Notes: generated by a model not told the origin, from the sequence alone. Counted from the first letter of the stretch, positions 9,756 through 19,591 are shown. The stretch: DNA of 64,000 bases from Candidatus Uhrbacteria bacterium RIFCSPLOWO2_01_FULL_47_17 (GCA_001791305.1 MGEI01000003.1:112872-176871), one strand, 5' to 3'. A program made the numbers and translations.

Positions 9756-11141
9756 ATGCTTCTTGAAAAAAACCATTTTCATTTTGTTGGAATCGGAGGA
9801 ATCGGCATGTCCGCGCTTGCCAAGTTTTTGTTGTCCAAAGAAAAGCATGTGACCGGATCAGACGTCCATGATTCTGAGATGGTTCAAGATTTGAATAAAA
9901 AAGGTATTCAAGTAAATATCGGCCATGACAAGTCGCACGTCCTCGACGGTGTGGAGGTCGTCATCTATTCCTCCGCTGTCCCCTCGACCAACCCAGAACG
10001 AACTACTGCTCGAGAGCGGGGAATCCCAGAAGTCTCTTACGCCCAGTTCCTCGGTGAAGTCTCGAAAACCTTCTCGACGATTGTGGTCACAGGAACACAC
10101 GGTAAGAGCACAACAACCGCGCTCATCGGCCTCATGCTCGAAGCAGCCGGCTACGATCCAACGGTTCTCGTAGGATCGTTTGTGCCAACATTCCCAGATA
10201 AAAATCTCCGCCTCGGCAAAGGCAGATTCTTTGTGGTCGAAGGCTGCGAGTATCAGGCGAACATGTTGAATCTTCATCCGGAGATGATCGTGCTCACAAA
10301 CATCGAAGAAGACCACCTCGATTACTACCGCGACATCAACCATATCCGCGACACATTCCAGATCTTCGCCGATAAGTTGATTGGAAAAGGAATGATGATC
10401 CTGAACGCGGACGATGCCGAATCCATGAAATTGAAAGTAGAACGGCCGATAACGTACTGGATGCAAAGGACGGAAAAGGCGGAGAGGGCGGAAAGGAATT
10501 CATATGTCGCGTTGAATCGTGCAACCACGAAGGGTGTGCAGACTTTTGGTGTGAATCGAGACGAACTCCTCGGTCGACTCAAGCTCATCATCCCGGGCGA
10601 ACACAACGTCATGAACGCACTCGCCGCAACCGCGGCCGCCATGGAACTCGGCGTCCCATTCGAGACATGCGCGCGCGTCCTCGAAACGTTCCCAGGAATC
10701 TGGCGCCGCTTCGAGCGCGTCGGAACTTGGCGCGAGGCGGATGTCATCTCGGACTATGGTCACCATCCAACTGCGGTTGAGAAAACTGTGAGTGCCGCTC
10801 GCGAGTTTTTTCCAGGCCGAAGAATCGTCCTGTGTTTTCAACCGCATCAACACTCCCGAACAAAGTCTCTCTTCGATGGATTTGTCCACGCGCTCCAACT
10901 CGCGGACGAGACGGTGGTCGCCGAGATTTACGACGTCGCTGGCAGAAACGAAGAACACAATATGTCGTCAAGGTTGATTGTGGAGAAGATCAAGAAGGAA
11001 ACCCCAAACGCCCACGTCATGTATTCGGAAAACTTCGATGCGGTGAAGTCCGCCCTCGAACAGATCGTCCGATCGAACGATGTCCTGATTATAATGGGAG
11101 CGGGGGATATCGATTCAATCGCAAGAGACCTTACTTGTTGA
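9756..11141 (+). CDS. murC: UDP-N-acetylmuramate--L-alanine ligase
   Basis: HFVGIGGIGMSALA, GTHGKSTTT, EDHLDYY, DYGHHPT, FQPHQHSRT, MGAGDI. Confidence 0.97.
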   Translation: MLLEKNHFHFVGIGGIGMSALAKFLLSKEKHVTGSDVHDSEMVQDLNKKGIQVNIGHDKSHVLDGVEVVIYSSAVPSTNPERTTARERGIPEVSYAQFLGEVSKTFSTIVVTGTHGKSTTTALIGLMLEAAGYDPTVLVGSFVPTFPDKNLRLGKGRFFVVEGCEYQANMLNLHPEMIVLTNIEEDHLDYYRDINHIRDTFQIFADKLIGKGMMILNADDAESMKLKVERPITYWMQRTEKAERAERNSYVALNRATTKGVQTFGVNRDELLGRLKLIIPGEHNVMNALAATAAAMELGVPFETCARVLETFPGIWRRFERVGTWREADVISDYGHHPTAVEKTVSAAREFFPGRRIVLCFQPHQHSRTKSLFDGFVHALQLADETVVAEIYDVAGRNEEHNMSSRLIVEKIKKETPNAHVMYSENFDAVKSALEQIVRSNDVLIIMGAGDIDSIARDLTC

Positions 11142-11166
11142 CGAGCAAGGTTCTTTTTGTTATTAT
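11138..11166 (+). promoter_or_regulatory. Sigma70-type promoter TTGACG-N17-TATTAT
   Basis: Overlaps the murC stop; precedes the 11210 ORF. Confidence 0.65.
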
Positions 11167-11209
11167 TGTTTCTTCTTCGATGTTGTTTCGAGGATGAGAG
11201 GAAAAGCAA

Positions 11210-11593
11210 ATGGCAGATCATTCGTTTTTTCTGAAGTTGTACCGCCACTTCATGCGTCACGATGGGACTGTGCTTGGAATCTTTTACATGACTCCAGACG
11301 GTCAAACACCGATTGAAGGCTTGTTCGTTCTTTCAAATCCGACTACGAGGCGTCGAGAAATTCTTTTTGATCCTTCGAAGTGGGAAGTCAAGACGGGTTT
11401 GGAACCGATGAAATTTTCTCCTTTCGAGGATGTTTTTTCCATCTGGCTTGGCCCTTCGTCCTCTGGAAACGGAGAAGATCTCCCACTTGCTTGTCGAGAT
11501 AACCTAAAGCCAAAGGATGGATCCGGACTTGCGTGGCCTGAGACGATTCTTCCTAAATTTGATCTTTGGATACGCGCAGATTGCCCTGACTAA
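11210..11593 (+). CDS. Hypothetical protein (orphan, 127 aa)
   Basis: GAGGA SD, own promoter, terminator at 11592-11617. Confidence 0.7.
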   Translation: MADHSFFLKLYRHFMRHDGTVLGIFYMTPDGQTPIEGLFVLSNPTTRRREILFDPSKWEVKTGLEPMKFSPFEDVFSIWLGPSSSGNGEDLPLACRDNLKPKDGSGLAWPETILPKFDLWIRADCPD

Positions 11594-11617
11594 TCGACCG
11601 AAAACGGTCGATTTTTT
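11592..11617 (+). terminator. Intrinsic terminator
   Basis: AATCGACCG-aaaa-CGGTCGATT followed by a T run. Confidence 0.75.
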
Positions 11618-11630
11618 CTTTTTGGAAACA

Positions 11631-11739
11631 TGTGTAGATACGGATTACAGATTAATACAGATAGGGATGACGTTTCCGAAAGACGTCTTTCAGAGCCGAA
11701 GATCTTCATCTGTATTAATCTGTAATCCGTATCTACACA
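11631..11739. repeat. Perfect 32-bp inverted repeat with 45-bp spacer
   Basis: 11631-11662 TGTGTAGATACGGATTACAGATTAATACAGAT is the exact reverse complement of 11708-11739. Confidence 0.95.
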
Positions 11740-11746
11740 CGCCCTG

Positions 11747-11775
11747 TTGACGTATCTAGGTTTTCCTGCTAAAAA
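11747..11775 (+). promoter_or_regulatory. Sigma70-type promoter TTGACG-N17-TAAAAA
   Basis: Upstream of Cys-rich gene 1. Confidence 0.55.
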
Positions 11776-11842
11776 GATGGGCACACATTTTTGTGCGTTT
11801 GGCTTTGAAACATGGGGTTTTGAAGCGAAGTGAGGAGGTTAA

Positions 11843-13576
11843 ATGAACGTTCGTTTCACATCGATTTTGTTCAGACTCGCATGCGTTTTTCTTTGCGCGT
11901 GTTCGGACGACACCATTTCAGAAGTTCCGAGCCTTGATTTGTCCGGAGACGGAAGGGCGATCGACACCTCACCTGCTCCCGAGACCCAATCGGACACAGA
12001 TACGATCGAGGACGTGCAGCCAGATGTTGTCGACGCAAGCGTGGATGCGACGCCGGACGTGTTTGTTTGCAAAGACAATGCGTCTTGCGACACGAAAAAT
12101 CCTTGCACACAAGATTGGTGCAACGTGGGAACGGGCGAATGTCAGCATACGCCGCAGCCGGACAATATCTGTACAGACGGTGACGCCTGCACGGTGAATG
12201 ACATCTGCACCGCGTCCGGTCAGTGCTTTGGCGCAAAGCAGGTTGTGTGCAATGACAACAGTCCTTGTACGAAAGATTCCTGCGACAAGCTCTCTGGCTG
12301 CACGTTCGAACCGATCGATGCGTCTTGTACGGACAATGATGTTTGCACGAAGAACGATGCGTGCGTAGTCGGCGTCTGTGTCGGAACGAAGATCGCATGC
12401 AACGACGGCCTCGACTGCACCGAAGACTCTTGCGACAAGAATACAGGTTGCTCGACCGTGAAGCTGAACAATCTTCCGTGCGACGATGGCTCAGCGTGTA
12501 CAGTGAATGACTTGTGCGACAAGGGCGCGTGCAAAGGATCGAACATCAATTGTTCAGATACAAATCCTTGCACCCAAGATGCGTGCGACAAAGTGTCCGG
12601 ATGTTTTTCGACTCCCGCATCCGCTGGATCGAAGTGCACAGACGGAAACGCCTGTACGATCAACGATAACTGCCAGGATGCAAAATGCGTCTCCGGTTCA
12701 CAAAAAAACTGTGACGACAACAGTGTCTGCACGTCTGATTCTTGTGACGCTGCAAACGGTGCGTGTCTGAATCTACCGGTTGTTGGAGTGTTCTACTGCA
12801 ACGACAACAACGCCTGTACGACAAACGATTCGTGTACGCTCGGCGTGTGCACTGGAAAGATTTTGCAGTGCAACGATGGACTCGCTTGTACGCAAGATAC
12901 GTGCGGGGCGAATATCGGTTGCATGTACCTTGTTCAAGACAAATCGCCGTGCAATGACGGAGACGCGTGCACGATTGGCGACACCTGTTTCACAAACAAG
13001 TGTGAAGGTAAGGTGAAGACGTGCGAGGACAACAACGACTGCACAATCGATACGTGTGATTCCGCGGTTGGAAGCTGCAACTTCACGGCGAACGACGGCT
13101 ACTACTGCTCAGACGCAAATGCCTGCACAACGGGCGATGTCTGCAAAGGCACCAAGTGTAGCGGCGTTACCATCATCTGCAACGATGGCAACCTGTGTAC
13201 TTCCGACAGTTGCAACCAAAAACTCGGTTGCGTCTTTACCGGAACGCCAAACGCGCCTTGCGAAGACGGTGACCTCTGCACCACGGACGACATTTGCCAG
13301 CAAACCGTTTGCAAAGCAAAGCCGATTGTGTGCAATGACCAGAATACGTGCACAAAGGACAGTTGCAGCAAAGCAACCGGAAAATGTGTTTTTCAAACCT
13401 TGAACGACACAAACAAGTGCGACGACGATGACCTCTGCACGATCGCGGACATCTGTCTTGCGGGTCAGTGCAAAGGCTCTGTGAACGCTTGTGACGACAG
13501 TGATCCCTGCACCGTGGACGCATGCAATCCAAAAGATGGAAAATGCGATCACACAAAGAAACCCAACTGCCCATAG
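11843..13576 (+). CDS. Cys-rich repeat lipoprotein (Dictyostelium CTDC-type repeats)
   Basis: GAGGAGGT SD; lipobox-like FLCAC; acidic linker; 19 C-x-D-x-x-x-C-T-x(1-2)-D-x-C units counted by eye. Confidence 0.85.
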   Translation: MNVRFTSILFRLACVFLCACSDDTISEVPSLDLSGDGRAIDTSPAPETQSDTDTIEDVQPDVVDASVDATPDVFVCKDNASCDTKNPCTQDWCNVGTGECQHTPQPDNICTDGDACTVNDICTASGQCFGAKQVVCNDNSPCTKDSCDKLSGCTFEPIDASCTDNDVCTKNDACVVGVCVGTKIACNDGLDCTEDSCDKNTGCSTVKLNNLPCDDGSACTVNDLCDKGACKGSNINCSDTNPCTQDACDKVSGCFSTPASAGSKCTDGNACTINDNCQDAKCVSGSQKNCDDNSVCTSDSCDAANGACLNLPVVGVFYCNDNNACTTNDSCTLGVCTGKILQCNDGLACTQDTCGANIGCMYLVQDKSPCNDGDACTIGDTCFTNKCEGKVKTCEDNNDCTIDTCDSAVGSCNFTANDGYYCSDANACTTGDVCKGTKCSGVTIICNDGNLCTSDSCNQKLGCVFTGTPNAPCEDGDLCTTDDICQQTVCKAKPIVCNDQNTCTKDSCSKATGKCVFQTLNDTNKCDDDDLCTIADICLAGQCKGSVNACDDSDPCTVDACNPKDGKCDHTKKPNCP

Positions 13577-13581
13577 TTCTT

Positions 13582-13606
13582 GATCCTCATCTTGAGGATC
13601 TTTTTT
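13582..13606 (+). terminator. Intrinsic terminator
   Basis: GATCCTCA-tct-TGAGGATC-T6. Confidence 0.75.
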
Positions 13607-13626
13607 GTTTTTTGGTAGATATTTGG

Positions 13627-13655
13627 TTGACAGGCTCGGAAATTCTTGATACAAA
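13627..13655 (+). promoter_or_regulatory. Sigma70-type promoter TTGACA-N17-TACAAA
   Basis: Upstream of Cys-rich gene 2. Confidence 0.6.
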
Positions 13656-13698
13656 CAGGGGCACGATTTCTTGTGCATTTTACCTATGGAGGATCGTC

Positions 13699-15303
13699 AT
13701 GAGGCTCGTTTTTGCTCTTTTTTTCATCACAGCTTGTTCGGGTGAGTCGGACGTTTCCGTGCAAGGAGGAGCAGATGGACATTCGATCGATGTTTCGACG
13801 GATGCTCATGATGCGCTGATTGCAACCCAAGCGGACACAACGAACGAAACCGATCTGTTCGACGGTTCGGCGCGCGCACCGGATCCTGGTGAGTTTGGAT
13901 ATCCGTGCATCAAAAATGCGGAATGCAATGCTGGCTACTGCATCGAAACGCCAAATGGAAGTGTTTGTTCGAAGACATGTTCGAGTGATTGTCCGAACGG
14001 ATTCAAATGTTCCGGCGTCAGCAATTCAAGCACCGACATTGTGTTCATTTGTCTTTCCATGTTCAATCGTCTGTGTGATCCATGCAAAGAGCATAAGGAC
14101 TGTAACGAGATGAACAAGATCGGCAATCTTTGTCTGCGTGTCGGAAATAGCGGGAGCTTTTGTGGAGCTCAGTGTTTCATCTCAAACGGTGACGCGGATT
14201 GTCCGAACGGCTATACGTGTCAGTTTCTCACAGATGCAAAGACGAAGGTTTCGGGAGAACAGTGTGTGCCGAAAAGTGGAGCAACGTGTTCCTGTTCGAA
14301 ACGAGCGACACAACTCGCCCTTTCGACGGACTGCACGAACAAGAATGTGTTTGGGGTATGCTCGGGATCGCGCGTTTGCAAACCGGAAGGCCTCACAAAC
14401 TGCATCGGACAAATCCCGGAATCTGAGAGCTGTAACAAGCTTGATGATAATTGCGACGGTGAAACAGACAACATCGACGCAAGCGCGATTGGCGCAGGGT
14501 GCAAGCAAAGTAACGAGTTCGGAACGTGTCTTGGTATGTTTACCGGATGCGAAAAAGGCCAACCGCTTTGCAGTGCCGTGAAACCCGAGCCAGAAGTGTG
14601 CAACGGCAAAGACGACAACTGTAATGGGAAAACCGATGACGGCCTTTGCGACGACGGGAACGTCTGCACAACAGATCAGTGCAACACGGACGGTTCGTGT
14701 AAGCACACAAAATTGACCGGACCGCTTTGCGATGACGGCAATGTCTGTACAGCCGTTTCGGAATGTGCCGCCGGAGTTTGCAAAGGCGGAACCACGCTCG
14801 ATTGCGATGACAAGGACGCATGCTCAACCGATTGGTGTGATCCATTCACGGGTTGCAATCACAAGCCCGCTTCCGATGGCGCCTGTCTCGATGATGGGAA
14901 CGCTTGTACGCAAGATGTGTGCGCAAACGGCAAGTGTACGCATCCGAAGGTAAAGGACGGCAACGCCTGTCTCGACGAAGGAAACGTGTGTACAAAAGAT
15001 GTGTGCGATAATGGCGACTGTTCGCATATCGCGAATGCATCGCCATGCAATGACGACAATCAATGCACGCTCAATGACACCTGCAAAGACAAAACCTGCT
15101 CCGTCTCACTTCCAAAAGTCTGCAACGACGGCAACGCGTGTACGATTGATGGATGTGAGCCGGCAAAAGGATGCGTCTTCAAACCAAATCCATTTTCCAA
15201 TGATGGAACCGGTGTTCCGTGTCCTGAAGATGGCAATGCCTGCACAAATGACATCTGCAAAGGCGCCGTGTGCGCGCATGTGCCGATTCCAGGCTGCAAC
15301 TAG
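13699..15303 (+). CDS. Cys-rich lipoprotein with MopE-like (E-x-CNxxDDNCxG) and CTDC-type repeats
   Basis: GGAGG SD before ATG 13699; MRLVFALFFITAC lipobox; ESCNKLDDNCDG and EVCNGKDDNCNG; about 8 CDDGNxCTxDxC-type units. Confidence 0.85.
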   Translation: MRLVFALFFITACSGESDVSVQGGADGHSIDVSTDAHDALIATQADTTNETDLFDGSARAPDPGEFGYPCIKNAECNAGYCIETPNGSVCSKTCSSDCPNGFKCSGVSNSSTDIVFICLSMFNRLCDPCKEHKDCNEMNKIGNLCLRVGNSGSFCGAQCFISNGDADCPNGYTCQFLTDAKTKVSGEQCVPKSGATCSCSKRATQLALSTDCTNKNVFGVCSGSRVCKPEGLTNCIGQIPESESCNKLDDNCDGETDNIDASAIGAGCKQSNEFGTCLGMFTGCEKGQPLCSAVKPEPEVCNGKDDNCNGKTDDGLCDDGNVCTTDQCNTDGSCKHTKLTGPLCDDGNVCTAVSECAAGVCKGGTTLDCDDKDACSTDWCDPFTGCNHKPASDGACLDDGNACTQDVCANGKCTHPKVKDGNACLDEGNVCTKDVCDNGDCSHIANASPCNDDNQCTLNDTCKDKTCSVSLPKVCNDGNACTIDGCEPAKGCVFKPNPFSNDGTGVPCPEDGNACTNDICKGAVCAHVPIPGCN

Positions 15304-15310
15304 TTCTTCT

Positions 15311-15341
15311 GCCACCTCTCATATTCCGGGGTGGTTTTTTT
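15311..15341 (+). terminator. Intrinsic terminator
   Basis: GCCACCTC...GGGGTGGT followed by a T run. Confidence 0.6.
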
Positions 15342-15368
15342 GTGGTCGAATGATAGAATGTTTTTGTT

Positions 15369-16334
15369 ATGAATACCGCGTCCGAACAATTAAGACTTGC
15401 TGTAAACGATCGTCTGAAAGAGCAAGAACCCATGAGTCGTCATACAAATTTTCGGATTGGAGGACCGGCCAAGTATTTTGTGGAGGTGAGATCGATCGAA
15501 GAGCTGAAGAAGGTTTTGGATATCGCAAAGACAAGCTCAATGCCGACCGTGGTGATCGGCGGCGGATCGAATATGCTTGTCGCGGACCACGGCTTCAACG
15601 GAATCATGATCAAACTCCTCATGCGCGAAATCTTCATGGATAAAAATCGTGTTCAAGCGGGGGCGGGTGTTCCCATGATTCTCCTTTCTCGAAAAATTGC
15701 CGAGGCGAGTCTCGCTGGACTCGAATGGGCGATTACATTGCCAGGTACGGTCGGTGGAGCGATTCGAGGAAATGCGGGATGCTTCGGAGGGGAAACGCGC
15801 GACCACCTCGTCGAAGCGTTTGTGCTTTCGAATGGGGAAGTTGTGTCTCGAACAAACGCTGAACTCGCGTTTGGGTATCGCGAATCCGCTATCAAACATT
15901 CTTTGGACATTGTCCTTTCAGCAACCTTCGAACTTAAGTCTGGCGATCAGAGCATCATTAAACAAATCATGGAATCAAATTTGGCAAAGCGTAAAGCATC
16001 GCAACCTCTCGACGCAGGATCTGCGGGATGCATGTTCAAAAATTACGAAATAACTTCGGACGAGGAACTGCAACGAATTCAGTCTAAACTCGATTTAACT
16101 TCAGAGGCGATCACATCCCGTCGTATCTCGGCGGGATGGATCGTCGACCAGGTTGATTTGAAGGGGTTCGAGATAGGCGGGGCAAAGGTGAGTCCTGTGC
16201 ATGGAAATTTTTTGGTGAATACGGGGAGTGCGACCGCAGATGAAGTGATACAGCTTATTGCGTTTATCAAAACGCGTGTGAGAGACGCCTATGGTATAAT
16301 TTTACAAGAAGAAGTCCAGTACGTTGGATTCTAA
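15369..16334 (+). CDS. murB: UDP-N-acetylenolpyruvoylglucosamine reductase
   Basis: HTNFRIGGPA, GGGSNML, PGTVGGAIRGNAG, SAGCMFKN, HGNFLVN. Confidence 0.97.
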   Translation: MNTASEQLRLAVNDRLKEQEPMSRHTNFRIGGPAKYFVEVRSIEELKKVLDIAKTSSMPTVVIGGGSNMLVADHGFNGIMIKLLMREIFMDKNRVQAGAGVPMILLSRKIAEASLAGLEWAITLPGTVGGAIRGNAGCFGGETRDHLVEAFVLSNGEVVSRTNAELAFGYRESAIKHSLDIVLSATFELKSGDQSIIKQIMESNLAKRKASQPLDAGSAGCMFKNYEITSDEELQRIQSKLDLTSEAITSRRISAGWIVDQVDLKGFEIGGAKVSPVHGNFLVNTGSATADEVIQLIAFIKTRVRDAYGIILQEEVQYVGF

Positions 16335-16335
16335 T

Positions 16336-16362
16336 ACAGCCAAGGCGAAAGCCTTGGGTTAC
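16336..16362 (-). repeat. GTAA-tagged REP-like palindrome, variant copy
   Basis: ACAGCCAAGGCGAAAGCCTTGGGTTAC, related to the 1105/33314/54708 family. Confidence 0.65.
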
Positions 16363-16374
16363 ATGAATGATTCT

Positions 16375-16719
16375 ATGACCATCTCCTCAATTCTTGGAAC
16401 GAACATGGAACTTACGGATGCCATCAAGCGTTATGTTGAAGAGCGTGCAGAAGTGCTTGAGAAATTGACATCCGGTTTTGAATCCACAGCAGAGTTGCGC
16501 GTAGAGCTCGGAAAGACCTCGCAACATCACACAAGCGGCCCATTCTTTTTTGCCGAGTTTCACATGGATGTTCCCGGAACCATTCTGACCGCAAAAGCAG
16601 AGGGCGCAGATTTATATGCCGCCATAGATGAAGTTCGTGATGATTTAAAGCGTCAGCTTGTAGATCGAAAAGAAAAAGTTGTCGATCAAAATAGACACCC
16701 AAGACCGGGAAAGGAATAA
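16375..16719 (+). CDS. hpf: Ribosome hibernation factor HPF/RaiA
   Basis: NMELTDAIKRYVEE...DLYAAIDEVRDDLKRQL; position upstream of secA. Confidence 0.9.
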   Translation: MTISSILGTNMELTDAIKRYVEERAEVLEKLTSGFESTAELRVELGKTSQHHTSGPFFFAEFHMDVPGTILTAKAEGADLYAAIDEVRDDLKRQLVDRKEKVVDQNRHPRPGKE

Positions 16720-16728
16720 CCAATTGGG

Positions 16729-16756
16729 GTAGGGGAGGCTCGCGAGCCTCCCCTAC
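16729..16756. repeat. Perfect 28-bp GTAG-ended palindrome
   Basis: GTAGGGGAGGCTCG|CGAGCCTCCCCTAC. Confidence 0.9.
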
Positions 16757-16794
16757 TTGATTTATCACGTGAAAACCAGCACACTACTGCGCGT

Positions 16795-19557
16795 ATGAGT
16801 AAATTTTTGAATATTCTCTTTGGGGATCCAAACAAGAAAGTGATTGCGGATCTTCGAGCAGAAGTGGAACACATCAACAAACTCGAGCCTGAAATCAGCA
16901 TGCTGTCTGATGAGGCTTTGAAACACAAAACCATTGAGTTTCGTGAGATGATTGCACAAGGGAGAAGCGTTGACAGTCTTTTGTATGAAGCGTTTGCGGT
17001 GGTTCGAGAAGCCTCGAAAAGAACGCTTGGCCAACGACACTTTGATGTCCAGCTCATGGGTGGAATTGTTTTGTATCGCGGTATGATTGCCGAAATGCGT
17101 ACAGGTGAAGGAAAGACACTGACCTCCACGCTCGCGCTTTATGTAAACGCCCTCGAAGGCAAAGGGTGTCACCTTGTTACGGTCAACGATTATCTTGCTC
17201 GTCGTGACGCTGTCTGGATGGGGCAGATTTTTCATTTTCTTGGAATGAGTGTTGGGGTCATTCAACATGAGGGAGGATTGGTTTATGATCCAACCTTTAA
17301 ACATCCAGAACCAGAGCCTCTAAATCCTGATGCAATTTTAATTGAGTCTTTTAAAGTCCGTGAGGATTATTTGCGTCCAACGGATCGACGCTCCGCATAT
17401 GCAGCCGACATCACCTACGGAACCAACAACCAGTACGGATTCGATTATTTGCGAGACAACATGGCACCAACGCTGAACGAAATGGTCATGCGCGGACTCC
17501 ATTTTGCGATTGTGGATGAAATCGATTCGATTTTGATTGATGAAGCGCGCACCCCACTCATTATTTCTGCGCCGGCAGAAAAATCGAATGAACTGTATGT
17601 GCGATTTGCAACAATTGTCGCAGGTCTTACGGAAAAAGAAGATTATAACGTTGATGAGAAGCTCAGAACCGCTGCATATACAGATGCAGGTGTAGAAAAA
17701 ATTGAAAAAGCATTAGGAATCGAAAATTTATACGCAGGCGGATCTGGTGTGATGTTCCAGCGCTTTGCGGATTCTGCCCTTCGAGCTCGCGCTAACTATC
17801 AAAAAGATGTTCACTATGTTGTGCAGAGGAATGAAGTGTTGATTGTGGATGAGTTTACTGGTCGATTGATGGAAGGTCGCCGCTTCTCAGAAGGAATTCA
17901 CCAAGCGATTGAAGCAAAAGAAGGCGTCACCATTCAAAATGAAAGTCAGACGCTTGCTACCATCACTTTTCAAAATTATTTCCGCATGTATTCAAAGTTG
18001 TCCGGAATGACCGGAACGGCTGCAACCGAGGCGGAAGAATTTTCCAAAATCTATAAGCTCGAGGTCACAGAGATTCCAACCAATTTATCCGTCGCGCGAA
18101 AAGATTTACCGGATCGCGTGTTTAAGTCTGAGCTCGGGAAGTTTGAGGCGGTTATTCGTGAAATAAAAGAGAAGCAATGGCTCGGGCAACCTGTGCTTGT
18201 AGGAACCGCATCGGTCGAGAAGAATGAGCTCCTCTCAGAATTGCTCACACGTTCTGGAGTGAAGCATGAAATTTTAAACGCAAAGAACCACGCACGAGAA
18301 GGAGAAATTATTGCGCAGGCCGGTCGAATTGGATCGGTTACCGTAGCAACAAACATGGCGGGTCGTGGTGTGGACATTAAACTTGGAGGAAATCCCGGAA
18401 CAAAAGAAGACGAAGCTCGTGTTCGTGAACTTGGTGGATTACACGTGCTTGGTACAGAACGCCACGAGTCTCGACGAATTGACAACCAGTTGCGTGGACG
18501 TTCCGGTCGACAAGGTGATCCTGGTTCTACACAATTTTATATTTCCATGGAAGATGACTTGATGCGCATTTTTGGTTCAGATCGCGCAAAAGGCATGATG
18601 GACAAACTTGGCATTCCAGATGACATGCCAATTGAAAATGGACTGATTACCAGTTCGATCGAGAAAGCCCAGGTTCGCGTTGAGGGTCACAACTTTGATC
18701 TTCGTAAGCACTTGCTTGAGTACGATGATGTCTTGAACAAGCATCGCGAGGTTATTTATAGTCGACGACTTGAGGTTCTTGATGCATTTACAAAAGAACC
18801 AGAAACGTTGAAAGAGCGTATTCTTGATATTGTTGAGGGAGAAATCGAACAGGTTGTGTTATTTCATACAGGGGAGAAAGTTGTGTCGCCAATCCATCAA
18901 GCAGAAGGGGCGGAAAATGTTGGAGCGGGGGATTGGAACATGAAAGAAATTATTGAGACAGTGAACTCAATCGTGACTCTTGATCAGGAATCAACATCGA
19001 AACTTGAGTCAATCACCATTGAAAATTCTCGCGATAAACAGAACGTTGCTGAAACACGTACACGCATGATTGAAACAATCATGGCCGTTGTGCGTGATGA
19101 ATACCGAAAGATTCATGATCTCTTTGAAGTCAAAATGGATGTTTATCACATTGAACGCGCAACACTTATTCGCGCCATCGACATGCTTTGGATTGAGCAT
19201 TTGTCCGCTATGACGTCTCTTCGTACAGGAATCGGCCTGCGAGGCTACGGCCAGCGCGATCCGCTCATCGAGTATAAGCGCGAAGGATACGACATGTTCC
19301 AACAACTCCTCGCCGCCATCAACCAAGACGTTACATTCTCATTCTTCAGATTCGCACACCACGCCGTGGACATGAAAGTCCAAGCGCAGTTAAACGATTC
19401 GCTTTTGAGTCGCGCAGGCGTTCAACTTGCGGGTGCCTCGACGACGAGCACGGAACACACTTCGATCGCAAGTAAATCGACGGGCGAGAAAGTCGGAAGA
19501 AATGATCCGTGCCCGTGCGGAAGCGGAAAGAAGTATAAGAAGTGCCACGGAGGATAG
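16795..19557 (+). CDS. secA: Preprotein translocase ATPase SecA
   Basis: AEMRTGEGKT, VDEIDSILIDEARTPLIIS, ATNMAGRG, C-terminal GRNDPCPCGSGKKYKKCHG. Confidence 0.99.
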   Translation: MSKFLNILFGDPNKKVIADLRAEVEHINKLEPEISMLSDEALKHKTIEFREMIAQGRSVDSLLYEAFAVVREASKRTLGQRHFDVQLMGGIVLYRGMIAEMRTGEGKTLTSTLALYVNALEGKGCHLVTVNDYLARRDAVWMGQIFHFLGMSVGVIQHEGGLVYDPTFKHPEPEPLNPDAILIESFKVREDYLRPTDRRSAYAADITYGTNNQYGFDYLRDNMAPTLNEMVMRGLHFAIVDEIDSILIDEARTPLIISAPAEKSNELYVRFATIVAGLTEKEDYNVDEKLRTAAYTDAGVEKIEKALGIENLYAGGSGVMFQRFADSALRARANYQKDVHYVVQRNEVLIVDEFTGRLMEGRRFSEGIHQAIEAKEGVTIQNESQTLATITFQNYFRMYSKLSGMTGTAATEAEEFSKIYKLEVTEIPTNLSVARKDLPDRVFKSELGKFEAVIREIKEKQWLGQPVLVGTASVEKNELLSELLTRSGVKHEILNAKNHAREGEIIAQAGRIGSVTVATNMAGRGVDIKLGGNPGTKEDEARVRELGGLHVLGTERHESRRIDNQLRGRSGRQGDPGSTQFYISMEDDLMRIFGSDRAKGMMDKLGIPDDMPIENGLITSSIEKAQVRVEGHNFDLRKHLLEYDDVLNKHREVIYSRRLEVLDAFTKEPETLKERILDIVEGEIEQVVLFHTGEKVVSPIHQAEGAENVGAGDWNMKEIIETVNSIVTLDQESTSKLESITIENSRDKQNVAETRTRMIETIMAVVRDEYRKIHDLFEVKMDVYHIERATLIRAIDMLWIEHLSAMTSLRTGIGLRGYGQRDPLIEYKREGYDMFQQLLAAINQDVTFSFFRFAHHAVDMKVQAQLNDSLLSRAGVQLAGASTTSTEHTSIASKSTGEKVGRNDPCPCGSGKKYKKCHGG

Positions 19558-19591
19558 AAATAAACAACACTCATTCAATAATCTTTTTTCT

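Noticed and set aside
11843-15303. Possible CRISPR or DGR-like nucleotide repeats in the Cys-rich genes
   Set aside because: Repeats are degenerate at synonymous sites (protein-level); no identical direct repeats with spacers, no adenine-specific TR/VR pair noticed, and no RT or cas gene in the window
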